From Laetmonice hystrix (taxonomy: Eukaryota), in NCBI GenBank assembly GCA_965235115.1, contig OZ249437.1, positions 52,266,001 through 52,330,000 on the forward strand: 64,000 bases of DNA, given 5' to 3'. The notes under the pieces are model-generated. The model was given only the letters and a program-made list of their open reading frames with translations. It searched no databases and was not told the DNA's origin. Positions 13,001 through 26,700 of this stretch are shown piece by piece; positions within the stretch are counted from its first letter, which is position 1; every line of letters begins with the position of its first letter. The position numbers and the translations under genes are program-made.

Positions 13001-14690
13001 GGGGTAGGCCTGATGCAGGTCGGCAAGGCACGCATACATGCAGGCGGGCTGCAACACTTCCTGGATATGCAGGAATTCTTTTCTTGTGTGTGACAGCGTG
13101 TCAGAGTGCCAATAGCACTGCGTGTGGCCACTCTATATTGGCTGGCCGAGGAGGGGCGAGGAGGTGGGTGGGGCGACACCTTCAGCATGAGCGGTCATCA
13201 CCTGGAGATGGGTGGCTGTCAGAGGGCAGGAAGGGGAGGGTATTGCGGGGCGGTCTCCGGGGGGGCAGCCGCCGAGGGTGGAGGGCTGGGACCTGGACAC
13301 CAACCTGTCACGGCCACCAGATCCTGTACGGAGTGGTAACAGTGACCACTGACCAGGACAAGACGCTCCACTTGTCATCGCCCGGCTCGGTTCTTGAACG
13401 CCAAATCGTTAACCCTCGGTGATGATCGATCATCACGCGCCCCTCACTGCCTTTTGTCCGACCTGTCACGGGTACATGTTGGCGGCCCGGCTGCCTGGTA
13501 ACTGGCCACCTTGGTGTTCTCATCTTCAGGCATCCAACACCCAGCCCTGACTCATCCAACTCACTTCTTCAAGGCATGTCATTACTTGCCCGACCCCCAA
13601 CGCCGCTATTGAAACCACAATTTTCCTATCCCATCCCTTCCATTCAGATTACCACCGACATTGCTGCCGGCTGAGATCCACGTGATAAAAGCCCACTTTG
13701 GTTTATAACGAGGAGCACCAACACAGCTCCTTTCATCAGGACGACTTCTGTAGCCAAGCAGCCATTCCTTCACCACAGCACGGGGCCACCCTCAACTCAA
13801 GTGGCAACTAATGGAGCATGTAAAATCAAACTTTCCTCCCCGTCGGTATTTATCTTACTGAGCGCAGCACGACATCTCCCATTATTTGATCCGGGTCGGC
13901 AGCTATCAACATGGTCGAAGCGCCGCTCCTTGGCCACGTAGAGCTTTTCAGGTGTGTAACACAAGCCTGAATGGTTGTAATGTGATTTCGGTGTGCTGGT
14001 CGTTATCAGGCTGGACACAGGGGGTGGACGGGAGTCAATCAGTCTCCCCTCACACTTCCCGAGTCCCCCGGCGGGTCTGCCACTGCTCGGACAGCCTCAC
14101 GGCGGCAGTTGGCAGCCCAACACCAGTTTACCATGCCCGCCTGCCGATACAATGCCCCGCAATGATCTGGTTTTGATCCCCGCTGTCTTGGCCCTAGCCG
14201 CTTATCACCACCTCTCAGTCACTGATCTCTAGCCAGGCACAGGTTGGCCCAGGCTGTCTGGCACACCATCGCACCACATAAACCAAAACGCTTTCGTCCC
14301 CCGCACACTTTCCTCTCACCAGCTCCTCTCAAAAAGTCTTATTTCCCTCTAACCGATTACAGTATCAGGTAGAAGCCTGAAACTGTACGAGGGCCCATTC
14401 TTTGGCCACTTGAAAGATTAGCCTTTTATCTTGGCTTTGATAAATGCTGTTTATTTGGACTATTCTCAGTACGATCACTGCGTGGAAAAGCCGGCGCTAC
14501 AGACAGAAACTTTGCGATGACTTACACAGCTGTTTCCTTTTCTGTTTTCAGCTGTAGATGTTGGGATCAAAGAGCTCAACGGCGTGTGACACAAGACATG
14601 GGGAGTGCAGCGAATGCCATGGTCGGGTCACAGGGCCGTGTGGTAGTTGGAATGGTGCAGACCGATGTGGTAAGACCCAGCGGAGAGAAG

Positions 14691-14705
14691 CCCCCCCCCC
14701 CCCCC
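14691..14705 (+). repeat. Poly-C tract (C15)
   Basis: 15 consecutive C. Confidence 0.97.
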
Positions 14706-17700
14706 AGGACACGGGGGGCTGGTCGGGCAGGGCCAACAGCTGTAGTCAATATACCTGGACGGCGCACACGCCAACCGCCAGTTGTGTGCAGATTACCAAG
14801 GCATGTTTTGGAGTTTATTGGCTCCGATACACATGATGATCTCATCAGAAGCCTGGCGTGATCCTTTTAACTCTTCACTCCAGTATACCAAGCGATGACT
14901 GCTGTCAAGTCATGGGCCGAAAACCCTCGTCAACTCTTTCTCAACGCTCCACCTATTTTTATTTGGCATTTTCCAAAGGTGATGAAAAAGGCTGGAAATG
15001 TTTTTTCATGTTTTCCTACATATCGAATTACAAGTATGGCAGCCAACCATCTGGAATAGAACCATTAATGAGTACGAGGGTCTGAAGCAAGGCTGTATGC
15101 GCTGGGCGTACACGTATCATAGCCTTGATCTCCAAGTATCCCAGTTGTCTGTCTAGCGGGCATCCCAAAAGCTCAGCCCACCTCTCCCTTCATCAGGGAT
15201 GCACTTAACTGCTGGGATCACAAAACCACGTATCTCCTTACAAAGCCACAAAAGCCCGCTTTGATGGAGCCAAGACAAGCCAACTAGAAAGCCTTCAATT
15301 AAATCTAAGAGCAGATGCTGGCAGGTGATATTGTTTAGATGTGATTGGATGGTCAGTGCAGCAGGCAGCCATGTGGCAGTCATCAAGCCCGTCCCTAATA
15401 GCACTTTGATGAACTTGGACTATGATTGGATTTGTAAGGCATCAGATGCCGGTTGCCCACGTCTTCAGTTCCCACCCTCCACTAATGGATAATGTGACAC
15501 TTGACAGGGCAGCACACTTCGGAGTATTACATAACATTTAGAATGGATCTCTGCAGTTGTAAATTTATTGCCAACTGAGCTAAAGTGTGATAGCATGGAT
15601 GGCAACCATGCTAGGTGTACTGGTCGGAGGTGTCCTCACCCATCCCAATCAGAATTGGGCGCCGAGCTTGGCCTGCCCCCCGCCACCACCACCAACCCCA
15701 GCATTCATTACGTTCTGCATCGCACCCCGGCCTGCTTGAGCCGTCGCCTCCAGCGCCACCAAGCGTGGCCTGCTCGGCAGCTCTACCTGTAATTGGTATT
15801 CTGACACCTGATCACCACCTGCTGACGTGCATCGTAAGGTGGGCCTTACTCGCTCACTTTGAACTCGGCCAGTGGAGGAGGCGGCGGGGACCCGTATTGT
15901 CTGGGCTCATTGTCACCGGCCCCGCTACAGTGTACCACTGTTAACGTGAACACCATCAAAAGACAACTTCTGAGCGCCCTGCATTTTTCGTCAAGCAATC
16001 TGGGCACTCTTGACAACAACAGGCTCAAGTAATCTGCATGGCACAGCTGGGGGTCTCTGGGAAAGTAAGACATTCGTTGAGCCGAGATCAACGCACACGA
16101 TCCAGGGGGTGGTAGGCAATCCACGACTTGGATTATACTAGTTCTGATGTACAACGATATACAAATGGATTGACGGGTGATATATGTCTGACCAAGATAA
16201 CCGTGTGATACCAGTCAATCTCCGTGCAGAGATGCTCAACTCGGGACAGAGATCACGTCCACAAACTGCTCCCGTCGTCAATACCCCAACACCACCACCA
16301 CAGGAGATAGAGTTGGACCCGTGTGGGGACGAGCATGACTTGAGTTGTAACATTTGGGTGTCTGATGACGATGGCCGGCGAGCACCCCACCACACCCACC
16401 CCCTGTCACACCCTACTACTCTCAGCCTCACCTCCTCGTGAACGGGTAGACAAGAGGCCTTCCTTCCAGCACCCACCCATCACGGGAATCACAGCTAACC
16501 GTACATACAGGTTTAAATTTTGACCAACACCTCAGCATGGCCGTACACTCTAGGACACAGACGGCGCAAAATGTATCTGCGATGGGATAATTGTACACGG
16601 CGATTTTGTGGTCAGCCTAGTGCCGTGTCGTGTTCGGGAAGTTTGCACAGGATATGTCCCTGATGGATGCGACTGTTGGCATTATTGGTCACCTTTCAGA
16701 CTCGGCCAGCAGGAAGCTAGTCGAGCGTGCCTGATGAAAGTAAAGTGCTGCCTTTCGATCACCCCCCGACAGCCATCTGCGCTCTGTGTGTGTCTGTCAA
16801 TATATTTTATGGCCTCACCACTGGTTGCCAATTGCTCTCCCATATTGAGATCGGTTTCCAAGGAAGCAACATGGAGCCTAGTAACACGACTGGTTGAATG
16901 CATTCTGGCATGAAACGTGCACGTTTAACATAGCAACAACTTAAGCCTGACAATAGAGGACCGATTACTTGATCATGGCCCTTTCAATGGCTTGCGCCTT
17001 CAGCATGCAGAATCTTGGAGAACTGTATGACAAGACTGAGGCCTTACTTGGGTCACAGCACCGGGATAGTACTGCCGATTCTACATCTGAATACCTCCAA
17101 ATTACTTCATCACCACACCGCCAGCAGGGCTGTAATGATCCAACTCCTTTGACAGAGCCTTCACAGAGCATCCACCCTTCAGGCCTTACAAGAAGGTAAG
17201 CAATCTATTCTTTCCTATGGTGGCCACTCAGTCAGTGTCTTGGTGGAGGGAGCGAGGGCTTGCATGCACGCAGCACTGACATCAATGCACTTTTTGTCAG
17301 GGAGCACGTAGACGTAGGGGATATCAGTGGGAAGAATAGTATTGGTAATGGGAGTTTAGCTGATGTGTGTTGGCTGAGAAATTGAAGAATCTGATGTATT
17401 GTATTCGGGAGCTTACAGCCCGCCTACTGCATGACAGCTGGCTTGATCCGCCATTGGAGGCACCGCCACAGCCACAGCTGTACCGTACCCCTCACCACCG
17501 GCCTCCCAAGTCTCTCCTCATGCCCGCCCATACATTACTCCACTTAGCATTTTATTGACACGTCTTACGTGACAACCACCTATACACCATAATACATCCG
17601 AAAACTCAACAGTATCTCTTAGAAAAGAATGTTCCGAGCGCCTAATCCTCTGAGCTCTGCCTTGAGTGGCAATGCATTAAGCTGACATATATGCCTGGAG

Positions 17701-20700
17701 TCGCGCCTGGTTTGTCCCGTGTGACCCGACTGAGATGGAAGGGAGAGAACAGCGGTTGCCAGTCACAGGATTGGAGTTCAAGTCTAGTTAAGTCGCCCTA
17801 TCCATCACTACAGGATTCTCTCTCTGTGTGTACCTGTACGGCTGCGCTGACAGCCATTCACAGGGCACTGCTGGTGATTATAACTTACAACCCGGGGTAA
17901 ATTGTCACTGGCTCCCAGTAAATGCGCCCCTCCACCCGTCAGCATATCGCAGCGGTACCTTTATTAGATCCTCTGTCCCGGGTCACTGCGCACCTGACCT
18001 CTGCTACGATAACTGTGTTTGCCGACTGCATCGGGGAGGGATCGAAAGGACGAGCCCCTCCAGCAGACAGTCCCGTTCAGGCACCATCTGGCATATTCAC
18101 ACCTGGGTTCGATCCCGGTCCCAATGACAATGAAGGCTGCCGGGTGAGTATAAAGAGCTCGGCCGTCGACACGTACGGCCTGGAGGATCCCTACTCCGGG
18201 TGGACATTACTGAGGATTGAATGACAGGGCAGGGCAGGTTGGAATGAAAAGGATCCCTTTGCTCTCGCTGATAGCTTGGCCCGCGTACTCGGTGTGTGTA
18301 TGTGTGTGCTATCTACCTGTCAGATCCCAACATCACCGGGGGAGAAACCATCGATCAACGCGCAGACAAACTGATCCCCTATCAGGTCACAAATCCAAAC
18401 GCCTTGAATCTTTGACAGCATCATAATACATGCCGATATGATAGCTCTCTCGACTGATTCCCACAAAAACCGTAGATTACTCTGGCTGGGCGTTCTTGCT
18501 CATGCGTCTTGTCATCAGAATCATACAAAGCCAAGGTCTCCGTATAGGTCGTATTCAACGTTCCAAGAGGAGGAGAAAGTCACCTTGATTTCAGAGATTC
18601 ATGAAAAGAAAGGTCGGGGTTTTATGTTGAAATTGATCCCCTCCAAAACCATCGCTGTCGTATCGAACAAATCCTGAGGGTAATTTCATCCTGTCGGTAT
18701 CTGCAGATAGCAAATGGGACGGCAATATGACTTTGCGACCGTACTTTTTCAACTCCAAGTAGTCTCTTTATAGTGCCTCACACACGGATAGTAAAAAGAT
18801 CGACACTAACTTCCTCTTAACACTATCTTACGGTGGCCAACACAGGCTTACAGCCGCCCTCAGGCCGAAATCTAATAGTGTCCACGAGGCCAGCTCCCCG
18901 TGCCTGCAATGCCAGTCAGTCAGTCGTGTTTGATCCTGACAAAGTGCCCCCCGTCAAACCGTCCTTAATGTAATGAGCCCAAATCATTTCCATGTTCACG
19001 TTGCGGGTCTCAAGTTTGGCGTTCTCTGTGGCCCCATCTATATGTTGAGGTCGGCGCGCAAGGGCGTTTGATCCTTTCCATTGTACAATGTCGGTTTACT
19101 ATTAGTGTGGGCAGGCATGCGTTGGCTTTTGATAGCATGGACTCTTGCCTTCATATGAAGCATAGGCCATTGCTCATTGTGGTACAGTCGCTTTGATCAG
19201 ACGATGCCTCCCCTGCACACCGCCATCTCACCTGACAAAATCTCTTATACCGATTTTAACAAGCCAGGTCTGCCTCCGAGCTGGCACAACAGAGGCCGGC
19301 AAGGACACGTTTGTTACCCTGACACCAGGTGGCGTTGTTCTGAGGTCCTTGTGGCTATGAGCTCTGTGGTCGATATTCTTTGGAAGGCTAACGTCTCCAG
19401 CCAGAGGCACTGCACATCTAACTGACCTTCCTTGGGTTTTTGTATGACTTGTATACCATAGGGATTTCAGACCGTTCACATGGTTTGCTTTTATAGATAA
19501 ACCCAAACGTGAAGCGAATATTATCTAGTAATCCAGAAGGAAAAAGACTGTCTAATTAGAAGGACAAAAAGTTAGGGCAGATGGATGCCTCGAATTGATT
19601 CATTTCATCGCTTGCGACTATCTCCAATATCAAAGCGAAGCCTTAAGGAATACTGATATCATCGTTCTGTACACAAATAACCAGTTCGACTGCCTCCCCG
19701 GCGCTGGCTGAGGCCGCCTCTACCGGGCTGACTTGACAAGGTCATCCACTATTAGCTGTGACCCTTGGAGTAGAAACGACTCGTTTGTATTCGGCTGTCA
19801 CTTGGAAAGCTTCTATTGCTCTGTATAGGGGAAGCTTTCTCTCCCCGTCTGATTACGGCTGTCAGTACGCTTCCTCCTATAAACATACCGTTCATCTGCA
19901 TAATACAAAGCCGCATCCAATTTATATTGTCACGGGCGTGTCAACACAGGTTGAGCTTTGCGCCTGCTGTGCATGCCTTCAGTTCAATGGGCGAGATGAA
20001 ATACTATTTCTGTTTGAGGAGTTGGGCCGATTCAAGTCAGGCTCCCCACTCAAGTAGTTTGGACATGGTCACGCAGACTCTCCAAACATTAAACATTGCT
20101 GTGTCCTTCTTTTCACAATGCTTAACTCGGAACCTTTCCACAGTCACCTGCCAGGACAAACCCCTGTCTGCCTATATCAGAATGCAAATAGCAGCCGACC
20201 TAAAAAGACTAATAGGCTGCTTTGATAATCCAGCTGATCTTTCCCTTGCCATGCACGCTAGTCAGGTGAAGCTAATTCACTATGCACAAAAAGGAAATGG
20301 ATTTCATTTCATAGGAAATGAGAAAGGAAACCTTAGGACCACATGAAAGTGATAGGCCAGGCTTCTTTAAAACTCCGATGCTCATTATCAATTACGTTGC
20401 AGTTGCATTAGATTATCTCCGAACTTGAGCAGCTTGTCCTTTTTCCTGCCCCTTTTGTCTAGCCATTTGCTTGATCATGTCGTGCAGACACGATCGACTA
20501 AAATGAGGATGCTCCCTTCATTTTGACCAACGTCGACGTGGACGGGCAGCCGGCACGTATCCCAGAAATGCGCAGAAGTCTAGCTGTCTACAAACAGAGG
20601 CAAATATTTATTGGCAAAAACTTGGCGGTTGTGTATGAGAGGGGAGTGTTTGACAAGGCCCGAGTCTGTAACCGGGATCGGTGGCCGACAGATGTGCAGC

Positions 20701-23700
20701 AGGCACTGATCCCTAGTGCTGACATCACAGCAGACGCGTTTCTCGGCTCTACTGGTGAACAACTGTCTTTGTGACTAACATGGGGTTTGTCATAGCCTTT
20801 CACGGTATCTCCAAACGAAGCCATTCAAAAGTTCTGACAGCCCACGGCAGCCAGCCAAGTGCTGACTTCCCCATGTCAAGTCCTGTTTTAATTTTGCCGA
20901 CAGGACATGGTCTATGCTGTTCCAACTTATGAGGTCTCAGGCCAGATGAGATTGGCCTGAGCAGCGCGGAAAACCAGGTCGGTTTTCAGTCATCATCCAT
21001 CAGTATAATGCAGATTGATTCATGTCCCCAACCAGGAAATTGCATATGATAAGCGGCCATGTTGATTACTTCCATATGGCCCATGTAAACAGGGTTGGCG
21101 TAGGTGACACGTAATACCATAATGGTAAACATATAACCATACCTCTCACACAGGTGACTAAACAGACCTTATCGTGCGCAGTCTTGACTAAGATTCCAGC
21201 ACTGAAAAATGCACAAATGCCGTTGAGTAAATGGTGTGTGAGTAGACTAATTTATCTGCCCATCATCTAATAAACAAGAAAACAATCCTTGGTCCCTGCA
21301 AGGTCTTTCAGCGCTGCCGAACCTGAAGGCTTTCTCTGGCTTTTGTATGGTTGGTTAGTGATAAACACATTAATGCCACCTCACGCAATCCACACACAAA
21401 AACCTTCCAGCGTCTCAGGCGCTTTTTCAATAGGACTTCTTACAAAATGTTTTTTTTTACGAGCACACACGTAGTTGAGACGGCGCTGCAGTTTCATTTA
21501 AAGTTGAGATCTTCTGAGACTCTGAAAAAAACATCTAAGGACTCTATTTCATGAGGGAGTCCGCAGGCTTGCAGTGCGTCAATCCCTCATGAGCTTATTA
21601 AAAAATAGCGGTCACTGCTAAACATTTCATCCCTCAATTTGTGAGCTTGTGATGAACAGTCAATAAACAAATAGGCATCCTTAATTTGATGACGGGAGGA
21701 GTTGGGCGCTCCATCTGAAGCATGCACAGAGTATTGTTCATAACCATATCTGGTATCGCTAAGTTAGCAAGCAGTATCTTTGCTTTAACATGGTTGCCAA
21801 CGCTAATTCGGAACAGCTGTGGAAACTTGATTCGCGAAAAAAAACCCCACCCATTTCGGAGGACACGCTGCGGAGTGATTTCGCATGTGTAAAGAGTCAA
21901 TAGTCAAGCGTATAGTGTATTCAGTATGTTAACTCATGCCATTAGAAACCATTGTGTCGAGTCGAATGTCACTTACTTGGATGCATGCCCGGCCGCATGT
22001 CCATATTGTTGGGCATGCCTGGCATCTGACCACCCCCTACGCCACCTGGTGTCTGCAAAGGAAGAACGTTTTACGGTGTAAGCAAACAGTCTTTGTCAGT
22101 GAGGGATCATATTGTGTATTGTGCTCTACCGCCAGGGACAGACATTTAATACTGGTAGCACTTTGCCAACATCTGAAATGGTCTGCGCGTTCTACTCGCC
22201 TAACGGCAGGGCGCCTATAACACGGGCAACCAGCCATACGTGACACCACTGCCATTCTTGGTCACTTCTCTGAATTACTCATCATATTTAACCTCTTCCC
22301 GTCCCTTCTAACAACCTTTTCATTTCTAACGCCAAAGTACTGAAGGGATAAAGATGTAATAGCATTATAACTTGAACCAGCTGTTCTGCCTTTCATTGAT
22401 AGACTTGAAAGGTAGACAATTGAACACGGTCTAGGCAGGCCGGGGCTGACTGATATAAATAAAGGGAGACTTACGTTGAAGTCGACTTGGTTGGGCATGC
22501 GTACTGGACCCCGAGGTCCCCCTGGGTATCGTGGTGACATGAAAGGCTGAAATTATATAAAACATCAAATGCTCATTCATTGTCCTCTTTCTGGGGTGCC
22601 TTTAATTTGCGGTCTAGTTTTAACCATGTTGATCCGCCATCCAGTCCAATTTCTCTGCTTTCAGCCGAGTTCAATGTATAAAAAATAACGTTCATAACGG
22701 ATTTAGGAGACACAGTATTATTACCACCCATATTATTAATTGACTTTAGCTTTTTAGTCACAATAATTCTTAGGACTTTGGCCAGAATCCGACAATCCCG
22801 CCGACTGGCGACCAGGGATTGGAAACTAATCCTATCTGGGATAACAGGCCATTACGGAGTCAGGATAAACATGGTTTCACGATTACCTTATCACAAAACA
22901 CAGGCGACATGTTATCAGAAAACGCCAGGGACACTGGGCCCCCAAGGCACAAACAAGCAATTGTATGCAACATCTCAAAACATAATGTACTGCCCAACCT
23001 CAGGGAGATAAGTAGCTAAAAGGAAAAGCACATGTACAATAACTTATGTGTTGACGTAGCCTCCAACTCCCAGTTTCTGACACCCAAACACATCTTTACG
23101 GCATGTTTTTTTTTGTCCCCAAAATGTGTAAAAAGATGTAAATGGGTGTTTGGTCCCTGCTGGAAAGACGTTCTGACATAACCTAAATACCATGGATGTG
23201 GTGCCAACCGCACTCTGCATGAAGAGATTACACATTTCCAGCTGAAAACAAGATACGGTTTCATATCAGAGGCTATCATTTCCAAACGTCTGAGTCACTT
23301 TAAGCTAATAAAACTTACGATTTGTCCTAAGGATGTGGGAAAGCACGCTGTGACGGACTAATACGTACTAATGCATGTATATGCCAGTCGCACCCTATAG
23401 CTTAACAGCGTTATAACTAGCATTCTGCAAAACTGCATCATTCCATCTTCTCTTGATGCTAGGTGAACCATCCGATAGTTTTTGTTGGCACATTGGTCTT
23501 GTTTCCCCCCCCCCCCCCGTGCCAGTTTCTGTGATACATAGCTCACAAGACGGGTGTGATGTAGTACAGTTATAGACTGAAAGCTACAGTATCAGTTTGC
23601 CAGTCCCTATGCAGTCAGTCTAACACTGCGGCACTAACATCTCGCTGAGAGCAGGCCATGGTAATATCCATAAGAACTGGGCTTGTCCGCACTAACGAGC

Positions 23701-26700
23701 CGTTCCGCGGTGCCACTTTCAAAGGACCACTCAAATCTCTTTCAACAGAAAACAACAGAGCTTTTTTCCCCTGATCCAAATAGCCGCCAGGATACTTATC
23801 ATCACCATGCTATAATTTCACAGCTGCAAATGTGGATTATGTTGCACTTACACTAATGCACTCTAACATGAATATTTTCTATTCAGCTCACAAGTGGTAG
23901 TAATAGAACTTTATGTTAACAGACCATGCTTTTGCTAATGCAGTTCTACTCGAAATACAACTCCACGTTTGATGGGTTTGCGCCAGTCAATAGAAAATAA
24001 ATTCTGTACGGAGATGATATTAGGATTGGGCCACTGAAAAACTGACTTAAATTGTCCGGAAAAATAACGTAGGGACGATACTGCGGCTTTCGAAAGCAGT
24101 GCGGCCTAGTGTAATGGCACACTGCATTTGCCAAATGACACGGCTGGTTTTGAATGGAGACTATTGTACGAGGATCCAATCGCTCAAACTGACGAAATGC
24201 CCCATTTGTATATTTGCCCGAGTCTTTTATTTCAACAAATTAAATATCCCTCCCTCAAACAAAATCAAATAGGCATTTTGTAACATTACCTGCCTGGGTA
24301 ATGCACTTTTGTTTATGCAGCCTTTGTTGTTTGATTAAACAGACTTAAATGAGAAAGCAGTGTTAGTATTTCTGGCTGGCTAGGAACCTCTCGCTCGGTT
24401 GAACAGCTATGCCTCGACTTGGTGGTGCAGAACCCGGTCCTGTTCTGTTGGACTCCCTTCATTTGTTGTCAACATTTACTTATAATCACCTCAACTCTAC
24501 ATGTTTCCCCGACGCTTCCTCCCTGGCTGCGACAGATGCCCTCTTCGCCGATAGGTCAGCCAGATGCCAAATATTTGTCAAGGCCTTCAGCCTCTAGTCT
24601 AGCCTTTGGGTAACCTGATTACTGCCTGGGAGCAGACATGAGGCCACGAGTGGTGGCTAGGGAGCCGACGACAGGACAAGGGAGGTTCTGAACTTAGAGT
24701 AGAGTGACAATGACCCGGGTGACCAGCTCCGACTGAGCAGACCATACACGGCTCAGACTTCATATCGACGACCAACACCACCGTAAGCCAACCTAATTTG
24801 CTGCCATCCCTCCATTATGTGGGGGAGAGGGCAACCAACCTTGTGAAGCTTACGCCATGAACCTGTACTGCTGGAATTTTCTCTTTGCGTATGATCCTGC
24901 CCGTACAAGAAACGACACCAATGGGCCAGAAATACGGCATCAAAATGCCACGTGGGTATTTTCATCACAGCCCAGCTTATTTAGTTTGCCTCACGCAGCC
25001 CCTCTTCCCATTTGCCTGTGTATGTGATATGACATTCACATTTGCATGATACTCCATGATTTTCTTCCCCGATGCCGACGTGTTGGTGGACGTTTTGGCT
25101 GTGTCCCGTCAGCCTGTCACGCCATCATTGTGGAGGCGTTCCGGCTCTCGGCGTGTAGATCCTGCTGGCATGTGGGCAGAATCGTAATGTTGAGACACGA
25201 CACCAGGGGGCCTGACCAGCAGGGTGCTTCTCATGCTGGATGTAGCCCGGATCTACTGCGGATCACCCAGCCAGGGCTCCGCGCACCGCAGGCAGGGTAG
25301 ACCGACTTATTGGAGAGAGGGCCACTTCCAGGATAGGGCCACCTACCGGTGAGGGCCCCTTTATTGGGTCACTGTTGGCATAACATCGGAAAAGCCTGAA
25401 TGAAGATACAATTACTTGAAAGAGCCACCTGCCGTAGGTGAGGAAAGACGAAAGACAAAACAATGGTCGTACTTATGGGATACTTATGCGACCGAAATAA
25501 CGATAGAACACCTACTGAGACTCGATCACCTGTTTCACATGTAGGGCAATGACTTTGACAGAAGAGTGTTGCATGCACAGGACCAGGTACATTGTAAAGG
25601 AGCATCATGAATATGGTTAGGAAAAACGTGTGCTGCAGGGTGCCAGCGGGGGCAACTAGTACAGAGCCATCACATTTCTACCCTTGCTCCCAGCCACACT
25701 GTAGCTCGTTCTGACAGCTACATAACCTGCCCACAGAACATTCGCACGCTTTCAACACACCACTAATGGCCATCCCATCATCACTCCGGTATGACGCTTC
25801 AGGTTCGTACAGGTCCCTGCAGCAATTCGGATACACATAAGTGGCAGTGGGCCCTCCCAAAGTACGGGCTGTACTGCATGCACATTGCCTTTGGTGGCAG
25901 CCAGCTCAAAGCCGGTTGACAACAACACTGACACCAGGTACTTCCCAGATAATAATGCGTTCATACTTTGTGTGCACTCGGATAAACTATACGTTAGTTG
26001 TGGCAATGCCACTACCCTTGAATCTTACCCAACTCAAAGGAAAGCTGCATCAATTACCGCCAGGGCTGGCTGACAGCATGTCAGCAACCGTTCGGTTCAT
26101 CGAGATGGGGCGCGATGACGTATGACAGGTGTGTGTCAAGGAACGGCCGCTAGGTGACGCTCCGCCCACAAACACAATGACCTATCGCTGTCCTCCCGTC
26201 CATTCACACCAGCCACTCTCTCTCCTGGAGGTGGTCGGACCGATGAGACCCGGGGGCTGACCACAACACTGCTCTAATAGACTTAACCCTGCCTCAGTAC
26301 GGGGTCATTTACTCGACGACTCCCTGCCAACAGCAGGACGCCTCCACCACAGGATGTTCTGGTACTAAAACCTCCTGTCAACTCACACCATGCTCAACAT
26401 CTGTAAAAGGTGCCAGGAGTCGATCACTGCTGAGATTATGGGCAAGGAAAGTCTGCCGTTTGGCGAACCATAATTACTGCTCAGCCTACCGGCACAGTGG
26501 ATGGGCGCATACACATAAGGTACAATCTACTTGATTTACTGCCACAGACACCCAATCCTGGGGGGTCTCCTCACTCTACTGATCTCGCTGCTTTGTCTGA
26601 AGTGACGAACGGCAACTGATACTTTGTCTCCACAAAAGCATGTTATTCTTTTTCGGCATTTCTTTTCAAACAGGTGCACTTTATATCAAAAGAAAGCAAG

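Noticed and set aside
13603-13674. PLLKPQFSYPIPSIQITTDIAAG resembling a Gypsy RT-RNase H junction
   Set aside because: It ends in a stop, the match is only suggestive, and there is no continuation.
16957-17200. Open frame ending at AG|GTAAG as an internal exon
   Set aside because: The acceptor lacks a polypyrimidine tract, the peptide has no recognisable domain, and there are no partner exons.
17909-18007. WLP...SAYRS...GHCAPDLCY resembling the end of an integrase core
   Set aside because: Only scattered residues match and no D,D-35-E triad is recognisable.
18103-18119. GGTTCGATCCC B-box as a tRNA
   Set aside because: The T-stem pairs poorly, and there is no A box or acceptor stem.
19816-20346. 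176-aa ORF
   Set aside because: Non-ATG start, random-like composition and no motif. This length is within chance for 64 kb in six frames.
25263-25463. FLTYGRWLFQVIVSSFRL resembling the RT motif F.T..G.FQF.VMPFGL
   Set aside because: The PFG core is not conserved and no YxDD follows.
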